Shown piece by piece: positions 1 to 13,104 of a DNA stretch of 60,457 nucleotides. The notes below the pieces were generated by a model that was not told the DNA's origin, did no database searches, and saw only the letters and a program-made list of their open reading frames with translations. Numbering within the stretch: position 1 is the stretch's first letter; each line of letters starts with the position of its first letter. Origin of the DNA: Macrostomum lignano (Eukaryota); assembly GCA_002269645.1 (NCBI GenBank), contig NIVC01001507.1, positions 1 through 60,457 on the forward strand. Direction: 5' to 3'. The position numbers and the translations under genes are program-made.

Positions 1-1236
1 AAGTTTAAGGGCAGTGTTATAAACGGACTTTCAGAGAGCATGGCGATGCACGCGTCACCATGTATCAATATATATTTGTAATGTTTCTGTGTGTACTTTT
101 ACCGAGTGCTTCTAGATGACGAGCATATATTTTTTCCTTTTTATAGTTATTATATATTCAATATTATTATTTAATCTGGCTTTACCGGACGATCAAGACG
201 ATTTTCCTTGCGCTAAATTATCAAATATTTGTTTATCAAGACTGTATTGAACGAAATGAATAATTATAAAGAGAATTCTGCAGAATTAAGCAAAAAACAG
301 CTTTGTTCGTGTGCCAGAACTGTGGACAAAGCTATTATTATTTTTATCATCTTAAACATTTCAATTTTTCAAAATGACTGACCTTAAAAAAATTTATAAA
401 CAACAAAAAGACGCAAAATACATCAGTAATCCACGCATACTACTCGCATTGTGTGTGTACGAGCCTAGAAATGATTATATCACATTTTTAACGAATGCAA
501 TAGAGCCGCTTGACTTTTAACCATTCATTATTACTTACATGTTAATTGGTTTCCGATGACTGCAGAAGTACATCATGTACGGTTATTCAACACATCCAAG
601 AGTCTATTTGTCAAGTGACGCAAAATTCGAACTCTGTTGGTAGCGGTGCTTGTCGGCCTACTAATAGTAAGATAGGCGAATTTAGCCAGAATAAAAGATT
701 CGCAGTGAGAGGTTCGTAAAGGTGTGGCACAAATTAATGCTATTATAAACAATCATTACTACTGATCACTGAAGCAGTTTAGTGGCGAAAGAGTTAGATA
801 AAAAGTAAAGGCAAATAACAATAGATAATTATACATACTGAAATATCAAGAAACGTTTTTAGGACTACTTCCTATTCTTTGTCATAAGTTTCTTTGTCTA
901 CTTACTATTAGTAGTAGTAGAGCTTCTACAATAATAATCATTTCATTTAAGTAGTTAGCAAATATAATTTTACGCTTCTTACTAAAAGGAAATGATACTA
1001 CTCAATTGAAAGTAGCTCAGTAGTATAACGCTTAATTAGAACGCATTTCAGGAATGCCGCCTGAATACAGATTCAATGGTGATAAATTCAGCTGAATCAG
1101 AGATTTGAATATTATGAAAAGAACAATAGAAAATTGCAATATACACAACGAGGACAAACAACATTTATTCTTAATGTCAAATTTGTGTGAACCAATTTGC
1201 GCGAGGCAATGCATTAGCGTAGAGCATGCATCGGAT

Positions 1237-4200
1237 TTAGGAGAAAATCAGATTATGTGGATCGATGCTGTGCAGGTATTCGATGTGCCGAAGCACGTCT
1301 TTCTTGGTGATGAGGCCCAACAGGCGGCCATTGTGCGTCACCAGCGTCTGGCGGAGGCCCAGCTTGCGGAACATCTCCAGGACAACCTCCATGGGCGTCT
1401 GGTCTGTGACCGTGATGGGCGACTGGGGCGAAAAGGGGGTTGCATAAGGCTTGTATTCGTCTGATTGGTCAATAGAGGCGAAGCTGACCTTGCTACATAG
1501 AGTAGGAAATGATAAAGGCTTCAAAGTTGAAAAGCGACTCCGAGGGTTCTTGAGGTTAACTGAGGGGCGATTCTTAAGGTTGCTGAGGGGCGATTTTAAG
1601 GTTGCTGAGGGGCGATTCTAAGGTTGCTGAGGGCTTTCTTAGGGTTACCGAGGGGCGATTCTTAGGGTTGCTGAGGGGCGATTCTTAGGTTGCTGAGGGG
1701 CGATTCTTAAGGTTGCTGAGGGCGATTCTTAAGGTTGCTGAGGGCGATTCTTGGGGTTTCTGAAGGGCGATTTTTAGATTCTTAAGTAATCAAGTAACGA
1801 AAATTCTGGCACTAAGTGAAGAGACTTCTGATAGACTTTGATGAAGATCAGATCAGCCAATCGGAGTCTATATGTACAGAATTCCAAAACTGCCGAAGCT
1901 CACCAAATCAACGATTCGCCTCAGCTTCAATGCCGGCGGCTGTCCGTCAGTGGAGGAGGCGCCAGCGTCTGTGTGTCTGGCAGCGACCGCGCCAGCGACC
2001 AGGTGCTCGGTGAAGTACACCAGCGAGTCGCCGACAATGCCGTCCTCGTTTTTGCGAGCGAATTCTGGAAAAATGGAAAATATTTTTCCATTTCTTTGAT
2101 GTTTGCCGCTAACCTCATCTGATTCTTTGATGTTTGCCGCTAACCTCATCTGATTCTTTGATGTTTGCCGCTAACCTCATCTGATTCTTTGATGTTTGCC
2201 GCTAACCTCATCTGATTCTTTGATGTTTGCCGCTAACCTCATCTGATTCTTTGATGTTTGCCGCTAACCTCATCTGATTCTTTGATGTTTGCCGCTAACC
2301 TCATCTGATTCTTTGATGTTTGCCGCTAACCCATCTGATTCTTTGATGTTTGCCGCTATATTCATCAGATTCTTTGATGTTTGCCGCTATACCCTAATCT
2401 GATTCTTTGATGTTTGCCGCTAACCTCATTGATTCTTTGATGTTTGCCGCTAACCTCATCTGATTCTTTTATGTTTGCCGCTAACCTCATCAGATTCTTT
2501 GATGTTTGCCGCTATACCTCATCAGATTCTTTGATGTTTGCCGCTTATAACTTATTTGATTCTTTGATGATTTCCGCTACTCCTAACTCCCGTGACGTCA
2601 TCACTCTCTATCACAGCCAACCCAAGTCAATAAACTCCTCACCCAGAGCTAGCATCAGATCCCGCCTGGTCACGAATCCCAGCAGATAGTGAGAGTCTCG
2701 CGACACCACCACGGGATACCCATTGACATCCGACGCGGCCATGAGAGTCTCCAAGTCTTCCACATTCATGGAGTCCTGATACAGCAGTTGCAGCTGGGCT
2801 TCGCCCCGCCTCGGGTGCATGACATCCGCTGCGATGGTGGTGTGCGCGAACTCCTCCTTGTTGTCAAGGTACGGGTAGCCATTCAGCCTGATGTGCTCCT
2901 CATAGATGCCGCCTTTAGTCAGCCGGTCGCCCACCCACTTGCTAGTCATAGCTGCGATCATCAGCGGCACAATGTACTGCAGGCCGCCGGTGAGCTCCAG
3001 CATGATGGCCACCAGAGACAGCGTCATTCGGGTCACCCCGCCCAAGGCGGCGGCTGCCCCGATCATGGCGTACAGGCCGCTGTTGATGCAGGGTTGTCCG
3101 GCCCGGCAGAACAGGCGGAATGGGAAGCTGTCCATGCGGGAGACGGCCACTTGCTCCAGCACGTTGCCAAGGACGCGGCCGGCTATGGCGCCAACGGCCA
3201 GGGACGGGATGAACAGGCCTGAGGGCACCTGCGGGTGAGAAGGGGCATTTTAAGGGCCATTCTAAAGGACATTTAAGGACCATTGTTCTAGAGGACATTT
3301 AAGGGCGATTGTTCTAGAGGACATTTAAGGGCGATTGTTCTAGAGGACATTTAAGGTCCATTGTTCTAGAGGACATTTAAGGTCCATTGTTTTAGAGGAC
3401 ATTTAAGGGCGATTGTTCTAGAGGACATTTAAGGTCCATTGTTTTAGAGGACATTTAAGGGCGATTGTTCTAGAGGACATTTAAGGGCGATTGTTCTAGA
3501 GGACATTTAAGGTCCATTGTTCTAGAGGACATTTAAGGTCCATTGTTCTAGAGGACATTTAAGGTCCATTGTTCATTTAAAGGAAATTTAAGGTCCATTG
3601 TTCTAGAGGACATTTAAGGGCGATTGTTCTAGAGGACATTTAAGGTCTATTGTTCTAGAGGACATTTAAGGTCCATTGTTCTAGAGGACATTTAAGGACG
3701 ATTGTTCTAGAGGACATTTAAGGTACATTGTTCTAGAGGACATTTAAGGCGATTGTTCTAGAGGACATTTAAGGGCGATTATTGCAAAAATTGTACTCGT
3801 AATAAACAATCAATTAAATCACCTTAATACCAAAGGTGAACACGGTAGCCACCATCTTGAACAGGTAGGCCAGCATGAGTTTCCACATGGCGCTGTAGAT
3901 ACCGGGCCCCGCGGGAGCCGAGCCAGAGTAGTCATTCGTACTGTTCCACTTGTAATCGCACAGCTCCGCCTCGTCCTCAGGGCCGCACTTGCTGAACAGC
4001 AGCTTGATCAGGCGGCTGGTGTTCATCCTGGTGTACGTATTCGGAAAGGCTAGCAGCGCCGTCACCAAGGTAACCAGCATGACCTCGGCTATTGGGAATC
4101 TGCCCAGGCGGCCGAATTTCCTTATTCTACAAATCCACACGTTGGCACGAATGAAGCCCGCGCCGAACAGGCCTCCGATAACTCCGAGCAGGATGAACGG

Positions 4201-7200
4201 GCCGATCTCGATCACGGACCAGGTGGACCGGTACTCCACATAGAACAGCACCAGGTGATCATTGCCAAACGGATTAACCAGCTTCAGCACCGAGGCTGCC
4301 ACCATGCTGCAGAAGAAGCTGCGCCACAAAGTCTTCAATGGGAAATAGTAGCTGGCCTCTTCAAGGCTGAACAGCACGCCGCCAAGTGGCGCGCCAAAGG
4401 CGATGCTTACACCTGCGGCAGCGGCGGCCGACAGAACCTCCCGCTTCTTGGCCTCGTTGCGGCCGTACTTGGGGAACAGGTAGGCGATGATGTTGCCGCA
4501 GCAGGCCGCCATGTGCACCATGGGGCCCTCCTTGCCCAGGTTCAGGCCGGCTGACACGGCCAGCATGATGCCCACCGACTTAATTAGCAGCGTCCACTTG
4601 CCCAGATAGCCGCGGATCACAAACCCGGATAGGATGGTCTTCATCTCCGGGATGCCAGAGCCGCAGGCGTACGGAGCGAACACTTTCACTAGCAGGGCGG
4701 CCAGCAGTGCGAACAGTAGGGACCACAGGATGTACAGCAGGTATTTGAATATGTAGGCGCCGAAGTCTTTGTTGCTGTCGCCAACTAGCTCCGCCCAGGT
4801 GTACCACTACCGGAGTGGGGAGGCGCATAGTAATTATATACTGTGATTCTTCAGTTTGTTTAGTGATTCTCAATTGGTTTAAGGTAATTCTCTACCGGTT
4901 TAGAGTGATTCTCAAATGGTTCAATGACTCTCAATAGGATCAGAGAGAGAAAGTGACTCTTAATAGGATCATAGAGTGACTCTCAATAGGATCATAGAGT
5001 GACTCTCAATAGGATCATAGAGTGACTCTCAATAGGATCAGAGATAAGAGTGACTCTCAATAGGATCATAGAGTGACTCTCAATAGGATCATAGAGTGAC
5101 TCTCAATAGGATCATAGGATCATAGAGTGACTCTCAATAGGATCATAGAGTGACTCTCAATAGGATCATAGAGTGACTCTCAATAGGATCAGTGACTCTC
5201 AATAGGATCATAGAGTGACTCTCAATAGGATCATAGAGTGACTCTCAATAGGATCAGAGATAAGAGTGACTCTCAATAGGATCAGAGAGTGACTCTCAAT
5301 AGGATCAGAGAGGATGACTCTCAATAGGATCAGAGATAATAGGAGTGACTCTCAATAGGATCAGAGAGTGACTCTCAATAGGATCAGAGATAAGAGTGAC
5401 TCTCAATAAGATAGAGAGTGACTCTCAATAAGATCAGAGAGTGACTCTCAATAGGATCAGAGAGTGACTCTCACAGTGACTCTCAATAGGATCAGACAAC
5501 CAGTCGCACCTGTCTGCAGGCCTGCTCATCATCAAATGTGGTATCGTTAGAAGACCAGCAGCATTGCTCCTTGTTGAACCAGAACGCCTCGGCGCAGATC
5601 CCGTCGCGAAGGTCCGACATCCACGTGGTGCCGATGTCGACAACTCCCGCCACTAGGCCTGGAAATTGCGGAGAAAAAACACACTTTACTACTGAATTAC
5701 TAGAAGTAGTCTGCAACGCTTCAACGGAGTATTTTCCGCTCAATTTGCTAAACAATAATGATCAAAGAAAATCTGGTCAAAGGATTTTGCGTCAATTGGG
5801 ATTTGGAGAGCAAAGACGCTTTCTGTTCCATCCGTTAAGCCCTACAAAGTCTTTAATCTGTGTCGTCTGCTCCGTATATTAATCACAGGTGCTAAATAAT
5901 GGTTATTGACTGAGCCAAGGCAAATTATTTTTAAACGCACACTGAAACATTACGCAGGTAGGCTGAGACTCATAAAGAATATTGATTTTGGCGTACAAAA
6001 ACTTGTGCACTACATCTAGGAGGCTGGCCCAGCAACTGATGAGGATCTGGGAGGCTGGACCAACAACTGACACTCTGGGAGGCTGGCCCAGCAACTGATG
6101 AGGATTTGGGAGGCTGGCCCAAAAACTGACACTCTGGGAGGCTGGCCCAGCAACTGATGAGGATTTGGGAGGCTGGCCCAAAAACTGACACTCTGGGAGG
6201 CTGGCCCAGCAACTGATGAGGATTTGGGAGGCTGGCCCAGCAACTGATGAGGATTTGGGAGGCTAGCCCAGCAACTGAGGAGCTGGGAGTCAGTCGGCCT
6301 AGGAAGATAGAAGCAACAAGGGGATCAGGGAGGAAAACTGCGACACCATTAGGGCGGGAGCTGAAAAAATCTGCAAAAACATGCCATTGAAACTGGAGAA
6401 CAACCTGCTGGCATCTCATTTCTTTCCATCAGCGCAGGGTTAAAATATCCATGCAAAAATGCCTACCCGCAGAGTCAGTAAGACAGCTGATTAAACAGCT
6501 GCTCCACTAACATCTGAAATATTAGCCTACACAACTCGCATCTGCACTGGCCGCTGGGATCTACCCAATCCTTTATCGATAATATTGAAGTCCTTTAGCT
6601 ACCTAAGGTATCTATTCCTAATCTATTATTTATTCTAATTTGAACTATTTTTATAAACCAAATCCAGCCAACAGTCTACTCTTCGACCACTATACACTTT
6701 CATGTATCACTTATCTACTTTGATATCTGATATAATCTCATTTGTAGCTCTAATCCTCCCTGCAGTCCCATACTAAACTATCGTGTTATCTACTCTACCT
6801 TCCTATCCATCCTCTAATCTACCCTACTCTACCGTAGTATCATCTACCCTCTGAGCTACCCAGAAGCCTAATTTACTGCCCTATCTACCCCTAATCTACC
6901 TTTTAGTCTACTTACCTTCCTATCTACCCCATAATCTACCCTGCAGTCTACTCTAACTTGCTATCTACCACCTGATCTACCCTGCAGTCCACTCTACCTT
7001 CCTATCTACCCCATAATCTACCCCGCAGTCCACTCTACCTTCCTATCTACCCCCTAATCTACCCTGCAGTCTACTCTAACTTGCTATCTACCACCTGATC
7101 TACCCTGCAGTCCACTCTACCTTCCTATCTACCCCATAATCTACCCCGCAGTCCACTCTACCTTCCTATCTACCCCCTAATCTACCCTGCAGTCTACTCT

Positions 7201-10200
7201 ATCTTCCTATCTACCCCTAATCTACCTTGCAGTCTACTCTACCTTCCTATCTACCACCTAATCTACCCTGCAGTCTACTCAAACCTCTGATCGGCACAAA
7301 ATCTATCCTGCAGTTTACCCTAATCTAATAAAAATTTAACATCTACTCCGATTCCACCCCACTTTCCCTCATCCAAATCCGCAGCATCAGTTCTTCATCA
7401 ACTCACCAGCGGCAACCGCAATCAGTCCAACGCACAGCCAGCCAGAAAAGCTGTCGAACAGCGACACCAGCTTGCCGCGACAGCTCAGCTTCATCCGGCG
7501 CAGAATCTCTCGGTGCCGCTTGCGGTGCCGGCCGATGTCTTTCAGCCAGTCGATGGTCTCGAAGTCGTTATAGTGGCCCTCGGCGAGGCCGGCAGCCTCG
7601 TTGGCGTCTATAGGATTAGCGCCGCCTGTGAGAGGTGTAAACGGATTAGTATTAGGAATACGGATAAAAGGGTTACCATTTTAGATGGGATTTAAATCCT
7701 AATGTTTGGGTGGGATTCTAATCCCAATCTTCGGGTGGGATTCTAATCCCAATCTTTGTGTAGGATTTTAATTCCAATCTTTGTGTGGGATTCTAATCCC
7801 AATCTTTGGGTGGGATTCTAATCCCAATCTTTGTGTAGGAATTTAATCCATATCTTCGGGTGGGATTTTAATCCCAATCTTTGTGTAGGAATTTAATCCC
7901 AATCTTTGGGTGGGATTCTAATCCCAATCTTTGTGTAGGATTTTAATTCCAATCTTTGTGTGGGATTCTAATCCCAATCTTTGTGTAGGATTTTAATTCC
8001 AATCTTTGTGTGGGATTCTAATCCCAATCTTTGTGTAGGATTTTAATTCCAATCTTTGTGTGGGATTCTAATCCCAATCTTTGGGTGGGATTCTAATCCC
8101 AATCTTTGTGTAGGAATTTAATCCATATCTTCGGGTGGGATTTTAATCCCAATCTTTGGGTGGGATTCTAATCCCAATCTTTGTGTAGGAATTTAATCCC
8201 AATCTTTGGGTGGGATTCTAATCCCAATCTTTGTGTAGGAATTTAATCCCAATCTTCGGATGCGATTTTAATCCCAATCATCGGATGCGATTCTAATCCC
8301 AACCTACAAGTGGCATTTTAATTCTAATCTGCAGGTGGGATTCTAATCCCAATTTTCGGGTGAGATTTTAATCCCAATTTTCGGGTGAGATTTTAATCCT
8401 AATCTTTGTGTAGGATTTTAATTCCAATCTTTGGGTGAGAGTCTAATGCCAATCTTTGTGTGGGATTTTAATTCCAATCTTTGTGTGGGATTTTAATTCC
8501 AATCTTTGTGTGGGATTTTAATTCCAATCTTTGTGTGGGATTTTAATTCCAATCTTTGTGTGGGATTTTAATTCCAATCTTTGTGTGGGATTTTAATTCC
8601 AATCTTTGTGTGGGATTTTAATTCCAATTTTTGTGTGGGATTTTAATTTTAATCATTGTGTGGGATTTTAATTCCAATCTTTGGGTGGGATTCTAATCCC
8701 AATTCTCAAGTGGGATTCTAAACCCCATTTAGGGGTGAGATTCTAATCCCAATCTTCGGATATGATTTTTTCCACATCATTATATATGATCTTCCTTGTT
8801 AAATGCTTGCTTATACCAAGTGAATTTTGAAGATAGCAACATGAAAAACCAGGCCTATAGAGACGGTTTGAACTGCGCCAAACAGAACGCGAACGCATGC
8901 CTGTATAGACAAGGCTTGAATAACACAGATTTTTCTGAATAAATTAGCATGGGCCAAGTTACAGGCCTAACAGCTAAATTACACGGGCCTGTTTAAGTGT
9001 ACTAATTTTATCATCACAAATAGCAGCAACCTGCCTGTCTATCTGCACAGTGACTGGTTAGTCAGCTAGGGCCAAGGTAAAAAGGACCGCAAATTTGTAA
9101 CGAACGGAATCTTGGAAGACTTATATATGAAAATGCAAGTAAACCCTTGCACTAACTAAACCTACCGATGGCTTTATGCGTTTATAAGGCTCCAATTCTA
9201 TAACGCTTGAATAGCGCTTTTAACCAGATTAAATTAAACAAATGTCACTGCAGAATAACAAGTGAGTCCACTTGCATAGGTCAAGGGCACCCATTGAGGA
9301 CAAAATAGTGCAATTTGGAGATGAGAATGGCGCCAAATTGTGGGAAATGAGAATGGCGCCAAATTGTGGGAAATGAGAATGGCGCCAAATTGTGGGAGAT
9401 TAGAATGGCGCCAAATTATAGATGAGAATAGTGCCAAATTGTGGAAGATGAGAATGGCGCCAAATTGTGGGAAACGAGAATGGCGCTAAATTTTTGGAAA
9501 TGAGAATGGTGCCAAATTGTGGGAGGTGTAAATGGCACCAAATTTTTGGAAATGAGAATGGCGCTAAATTGTGGGAGATGAGAATGGCGCCAAATTGTTG
9601 GAGATGAGAATGGCGCCAAATTGTTGGAGATGAGAATGGCGCCAAATTGTTGGAGATAAGAATGGCGCCAAATTGTGGGAGACGAGAATGGCGCCAAATT
9701 GTGGGAGATGAGAATGGCGCCAAATTGTGGGAGATGAGAATGGCGCCAAATTGTGGGAGATGAGAATGGCGCCAAATTGTGGGAGATTAGAATGGCGCCA
9801 AATTGTGGGAGATGAGAATGGCGCCAAATTGTTGGAGATGAGAATGGCGCCAAATTGTTGGAGATGAGAATGGCGCCAAATTGTGGGAAATGAGAATGGC
9901 GCCAAATTGTGGGAAATGAGAATGGCGCTAAATTGTGGGAGACGAGAATGGCGCCAAATTGTTGGAGATGAGAATGGCGCCAAATTGTTGGAGATGAGAA
10001 TGGCGCCAAATTGTTGGAGATAAGAATGGCGCCAAATTGTGGGAGACGAGAATGGCGCCAAATTGTGGGAGATGAGAATGGCGCCAAATTGTGGGAGATG
10101 AGAATGGCGCCAAATTGTTGGAGATGAGAATGGCGCCAAATTGTTGGAGATGAGAATGGCGCCAAATTGTTGGAGATAAGAATGGCGCCAAATTGTGGGA

Positions 10201-11846
10201 GACGAGAATGGCGCCAAATTGTGGGAGATGAGAATGGCGCCAAATTGTTGGAGATGAGAATGGCGCCAAATTGTTGGAGATGAGAATGGCGCCAAATTGT
10301 GGGAAATGAGAATGGCGCCAAATTGTGGGAGATGAGAATGGCGCCAAATTGTGGGAAATGAGAATGGCGCCAAATTGTGGGAAATGAGAATGGCGCCAAA
10401 TTGTGGGAGACGAGAATGGCGCCAAATTGTGGGAGATGAGAATGGCGCCCAATTGTGGGAGACGAGATTGGCGCCAAATTGTTGTAGACGAGAACGGCGC
10501 CAAACTAATGTAAGTTTAGAATGGCAAGTTATGATAGATAAAGATGAATACATCTATACCATTTTTCCGACACTTCGACAGGCGACATCGCAGCGGTATG
10601 GAAAAATTAAATTGGTCCAATGACGCAATATCGTCTGAAATACTGGGGCCGACATTGACCGGTAAGCTGTCTGTCAGTTCGAACGGATTATCAAAGGGCT
10701 TGCTATCAGTAGCCTGAGCTTCATCAGACATAATTGATGATAGACTATAAATTTGTGTGTCGTATGTCTGTCAGTGAGATCCAACTGTGCCCATTCCTCA
10801 GTTTAGGAACAGTAGAATATATTATTTCACACAGCACAACCAGCCCGACCAATGCTAGAGAAGATGACGCGCTTCAGACACAGAGCCAATCAGGATCAAA
10901 CTCTTTGATAAACAAATATTTTCATGCCTGCATAGTATTACTTGAGGGAGTAGTGTCAGTATTTTGTGTGAACTCAGTGAGGTTCTGGGAGAATTCAATA
11001 AGAATCTGGCCAGCTGTAGGAATTCATTGAGGATTTGGAAAATTCAATAAGGATCTGGGAGTATTCGGTGAGGATCTGGGAGAATTCAATGAGGATCTGG
11101 GAGTATTCGGTGAGGATCTGGGAGAATTCAATGAGGATCTGGGAGTATTCGGTGAGGATCTGGGAGAATTCAATGAGGATCTGGGAGTATTCGGTGAGGA
11201 TCTGGGAGAATTCGTTGAGGATCTGGGAGAATTCAGTGAGGATCTGGGAGAATTCGTTGAGGATCTGGGAGAATTCAGTGAGGATCTGAGAGAATTCAGT
11301 GAGGATCTGGGAGTATTCGGTGAGGATCTGGGAGAATTCGTTGAGGATCTGGGAGAATTCGTTGAGGATCTGGGAGAATTCGTTGAGGATCTGGGAGTAT
11401 TCGGTGAGGATCTGGGAGAATTCAGTGAGGATCTGGGGGAATTCAGCGAGGATCTGGGGGAATTCAATGAGGACCTATGAGAACTAACTGATAATCTGAG
11501 AAGATTCTGGCCCAAGGAGAGTGCTCAGAACTTACCCAGATCCACAAAGTCGTCCCCGCCGCTGCTGGACCTCCTGCGGCCGCCGCCAAGATTTCCCATA
11601 GCAGTGGCGGCCTCGCGCCGGTGCTGCGACAGAGCCGCTGATTGGGCCCCGAACGGGTCACGAAATGGATTATCCTGACCGGGCGTCAGGTCGATCATTT
11701 CCTCGTCTGAAGCGCCGAGGGGACCGCCTGAAGCTGCTGGTGCGCCGGCGACAGCCGTGGAAGAAGCTTCGCTGAATGCGCTGTAGTTGCCTCCGCCTGA
11801 GGGTTTGGTGCCGAATTCTGATCGGGTGGCTGCGTGCGCTTCGCAA
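1237..11846 (-). CDS. CLCN3: ClC-3/4/5-family 2Cl-/H+ exchanger, multi-exon; 5' end uncertain
   Basis: Exons (minus strand): 11536-11846, 7407-7625, 5510-5658, 3823-4806, 2643-3228, 1904-2064, 1237-1422 (TAA at 1237-1239). All junctions between these are GT-AG and phase-consistent. Motifs: [20 protein letters not shown] (gating Glu), LFSLEE (proton Glu), GLFIP, GGIY, and two CBS domains (GYPVVVS..., [12 protein letters not shown]...[12 protein letters not shown]). About 815 aa counted from Met 11698. The symbol denotes the ClC-3/4/5 clade, not a specific paralogue. Confidence 0.95.
1545..1785. repeat. Intronic minisatellite, ~23-24 bp unit (TTAAGGTTGCTGAGGGGCGATTC)
   Basis: Visible tandem copies inside ClC intron 1423-1903. 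Confidence 0.85.
2090..2578. repeat. Intronic minisatellite, 31 bp unit (TTTGATGTTTGCCGCTAACCTCATCTGATTC)
   Basis: About 15 near-identical copies filling ClC intron 2065-2642. Confidence 0.95.
3241..3783. repeat. Intronic minisatellite, 26 bp unit (GAGGACATTTAAGGGCGATTGTTCTA)
   Basis: About 20 copies filling ClC intron 3229-3822. Confidence 0.95.
4920..5496. repeat. Intronic minisatellite, ~23 bp unit (GAGTGACTCTCAATAGGATCATA)
   Basis: Tandem copies in ClC intron 4807-5509, ending ~13 bp from the donor. Confidence 0.95.
6018..6290 (-). repeat. Intronic minisatellite, 28-31 bp unit (GCTGGGCCAGCCTCCCAGATCCTCATCAGTT on minus strand)
   Basis: Tandem copies in ClC intron 5659-7406. Same family as 47405-48160. 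Confidence 0.9.
6790..7325. repeat. Intronic minisatellite, ~41 bp unit (CTACCCTGCAGTCTACTCTACCTTCCTATCTACCCCCTAAT)
   Basis: Degenerate tandem copies built from CTACC/CTACT sub-motifs. Confidence 0.85.
7695..8760. repeat. Intronic minisatellite, 25 bp unit (TGGGATTCTAATCCCAATCTTTGTG)
   Basis: About 40 copies; the unit contains the hairpin GGGATT-CT-AATCCC. Confidence 0.95.
9310..10503. repeat. Intronic minisatellite, 26 bp unit (CAAATTGTGGGAGATGAGAATGGCGC)
   Basis: About 45 copies; source of the spurious 191-353 aa ORFs here. Confidence 0.95.
11020..11480. repeat. Intronic minisatellite, 21 bp unit (GAGGATCTGGGAGAATTCAGT)
   Basis: About 21 copies ending ~55 bp from the ClC donor at 11535. 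Confidence 0.95.
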
Positions 11847-11848
11847 CT

Positions 11849-12480
11849 GGGATTGGGGATCCAAAATTTGGGAACCGAGATTGGGGATATGGGATTGGGA
11901 TCTGGGATCAGGGATGGGATATCTGGGATTCTGGATCGGGGATCTGGGATCGGGGATCTGAGATTGGGGATCTAGGATTGGGGATCTAGGATTGGGGATC
12001 TGGGATCGGGGATCTGAGATTGGGGATCTAGGATTGGGGATCTAGGATTGGGGATCTGGGATTGGGGATCTAGGATTGGGGATCTAGGATCGGGGATCTG
12101 GGATCGGGGATCTGGGATCGGGGATCTGGGATCTGGGATTGGGGATCTGGGATTGGGGATCTAGGATTGGGGATCTAGGATTGGGGATCTGGGATTGGGG
12201 ATCTAGGATTGGGGATCTAGGATTGGGGATCTAGGATTTGGGATCTAGGATCGGGGATCTGGGATTGGGGATCCAAAAGTTGGGATTTGGGAACCAGGAT
12301 TAGGGATATGGGATTGAGGATCTGGGATCGAGTATCTGGGATCGGGGATCCGGGATTGGGGAACCGGGATTGGGAAACTGGGGTTGGGGAACCTAGATTG
12401 GGGATCGGAGATTGGGGATCTGGGATTTGGGATCTGGGACTGGCAAACTGGGATTGGGGATCTGAGAATTGGGATCTAGA
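11849..12480. repeat. Minisatellite, ~14 bp unit (GGATTGGGGATCTA)
   Basis: Starts immediately at the AG acceptor (11848-11847) of the ClC exon 11536-11846. Confidence 0.9.
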
Positions 12481-12531
12481 ATTGGAAGTGAAGATTTGAG
12501 ATCAAGGATTCGGGAAGCTGGTGCTGCTCAC

Positions 12532-12778
12532 CTGGTTTAGACTGGTGCTGATTTCTATTGGCGCCAGACACAAGCGAAGTGACAGGCAAGCTTGCGGGAT
12601 GAATGGCTCCAGAAGGCTGGTGCAAGCTGTCCAGCTGACCCTGGCTGGCACCAGAGGTTGGCGGAGCACCCCGCAAGAAATGCACTAGGGCGTCTGTCTC
12701 TCTTGAGCTGCTGTCCTCTGTTGCTACAGCATTAGAGGATTGAGAATTAGGCGGTGGTGGGCCCGATGACAAAGACAT
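12532..12778 (-). CDS. Candidate upstream (first) exon of the ClC gene
   Basis: ATG at 12778 opens MSLSSGPPPPNSQSS...QSKP and ends at a strong CCAG|GTGAG donor (12532/12531). It is phase 1, whereas the best downstream acceptor (11846) needs phase 2, so it is unresolved. Confidence 0.35.
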
Positions 12779-12919
12779 TGAGTGCAAATAGCAGCCATGA
12801 AAAATCAGCAAATAAACAAGTGTTGCTTAACTTCTCAATATTTGTACATGTAAATACAGTATAATATATTTTATTTAGTTCATTACAACAAAGAATTGGC
12901 ATCTTGCCTAGGTCTTATA

Positions 12920-13104
12920 CAGGGGCGGCGGAGCCTAATATTTTAGGGGGGGGGCACCAGGCACAGGGCAAGGGGGCACAGGTACCTTTATAAGCTGCTA
13001 ATTAGGGCCTAAAATCAGAAAAAGCACTAAAAATTACCACGTGGGCTCATTTTCTGGGGGGGGGGGGCAAGTGCCCCCAGTGCCTCAAGCTCCTGCCACC
13101 CATG
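12920..13104. mobile_element. hAT-like MITE, 185 bp
   Basis: Perfect 8-bp TSD GTCTTATA (12912-12919 and 13105-13112). Imperfect TIRs: CAGGGGCGGC-GGAGC versus CATGGGTGGCAGGAGC (reverse complement of the right end). Confidence 0.8.

Noticed and set aside
1105-1464. 119-aa plus-strand ORF and other antisense ORFs over ClC, Gypsy and METTL25B exons
   Set aside because: Shadow ORFs on the opposite strand of GC-rich coding exons.
9234-10553. Long ORFs (up to 353 aa) on the minus strand
   Set aside because: Translations of a 26-bp intronic tandem repeat, open in several frames, with no unique domain.
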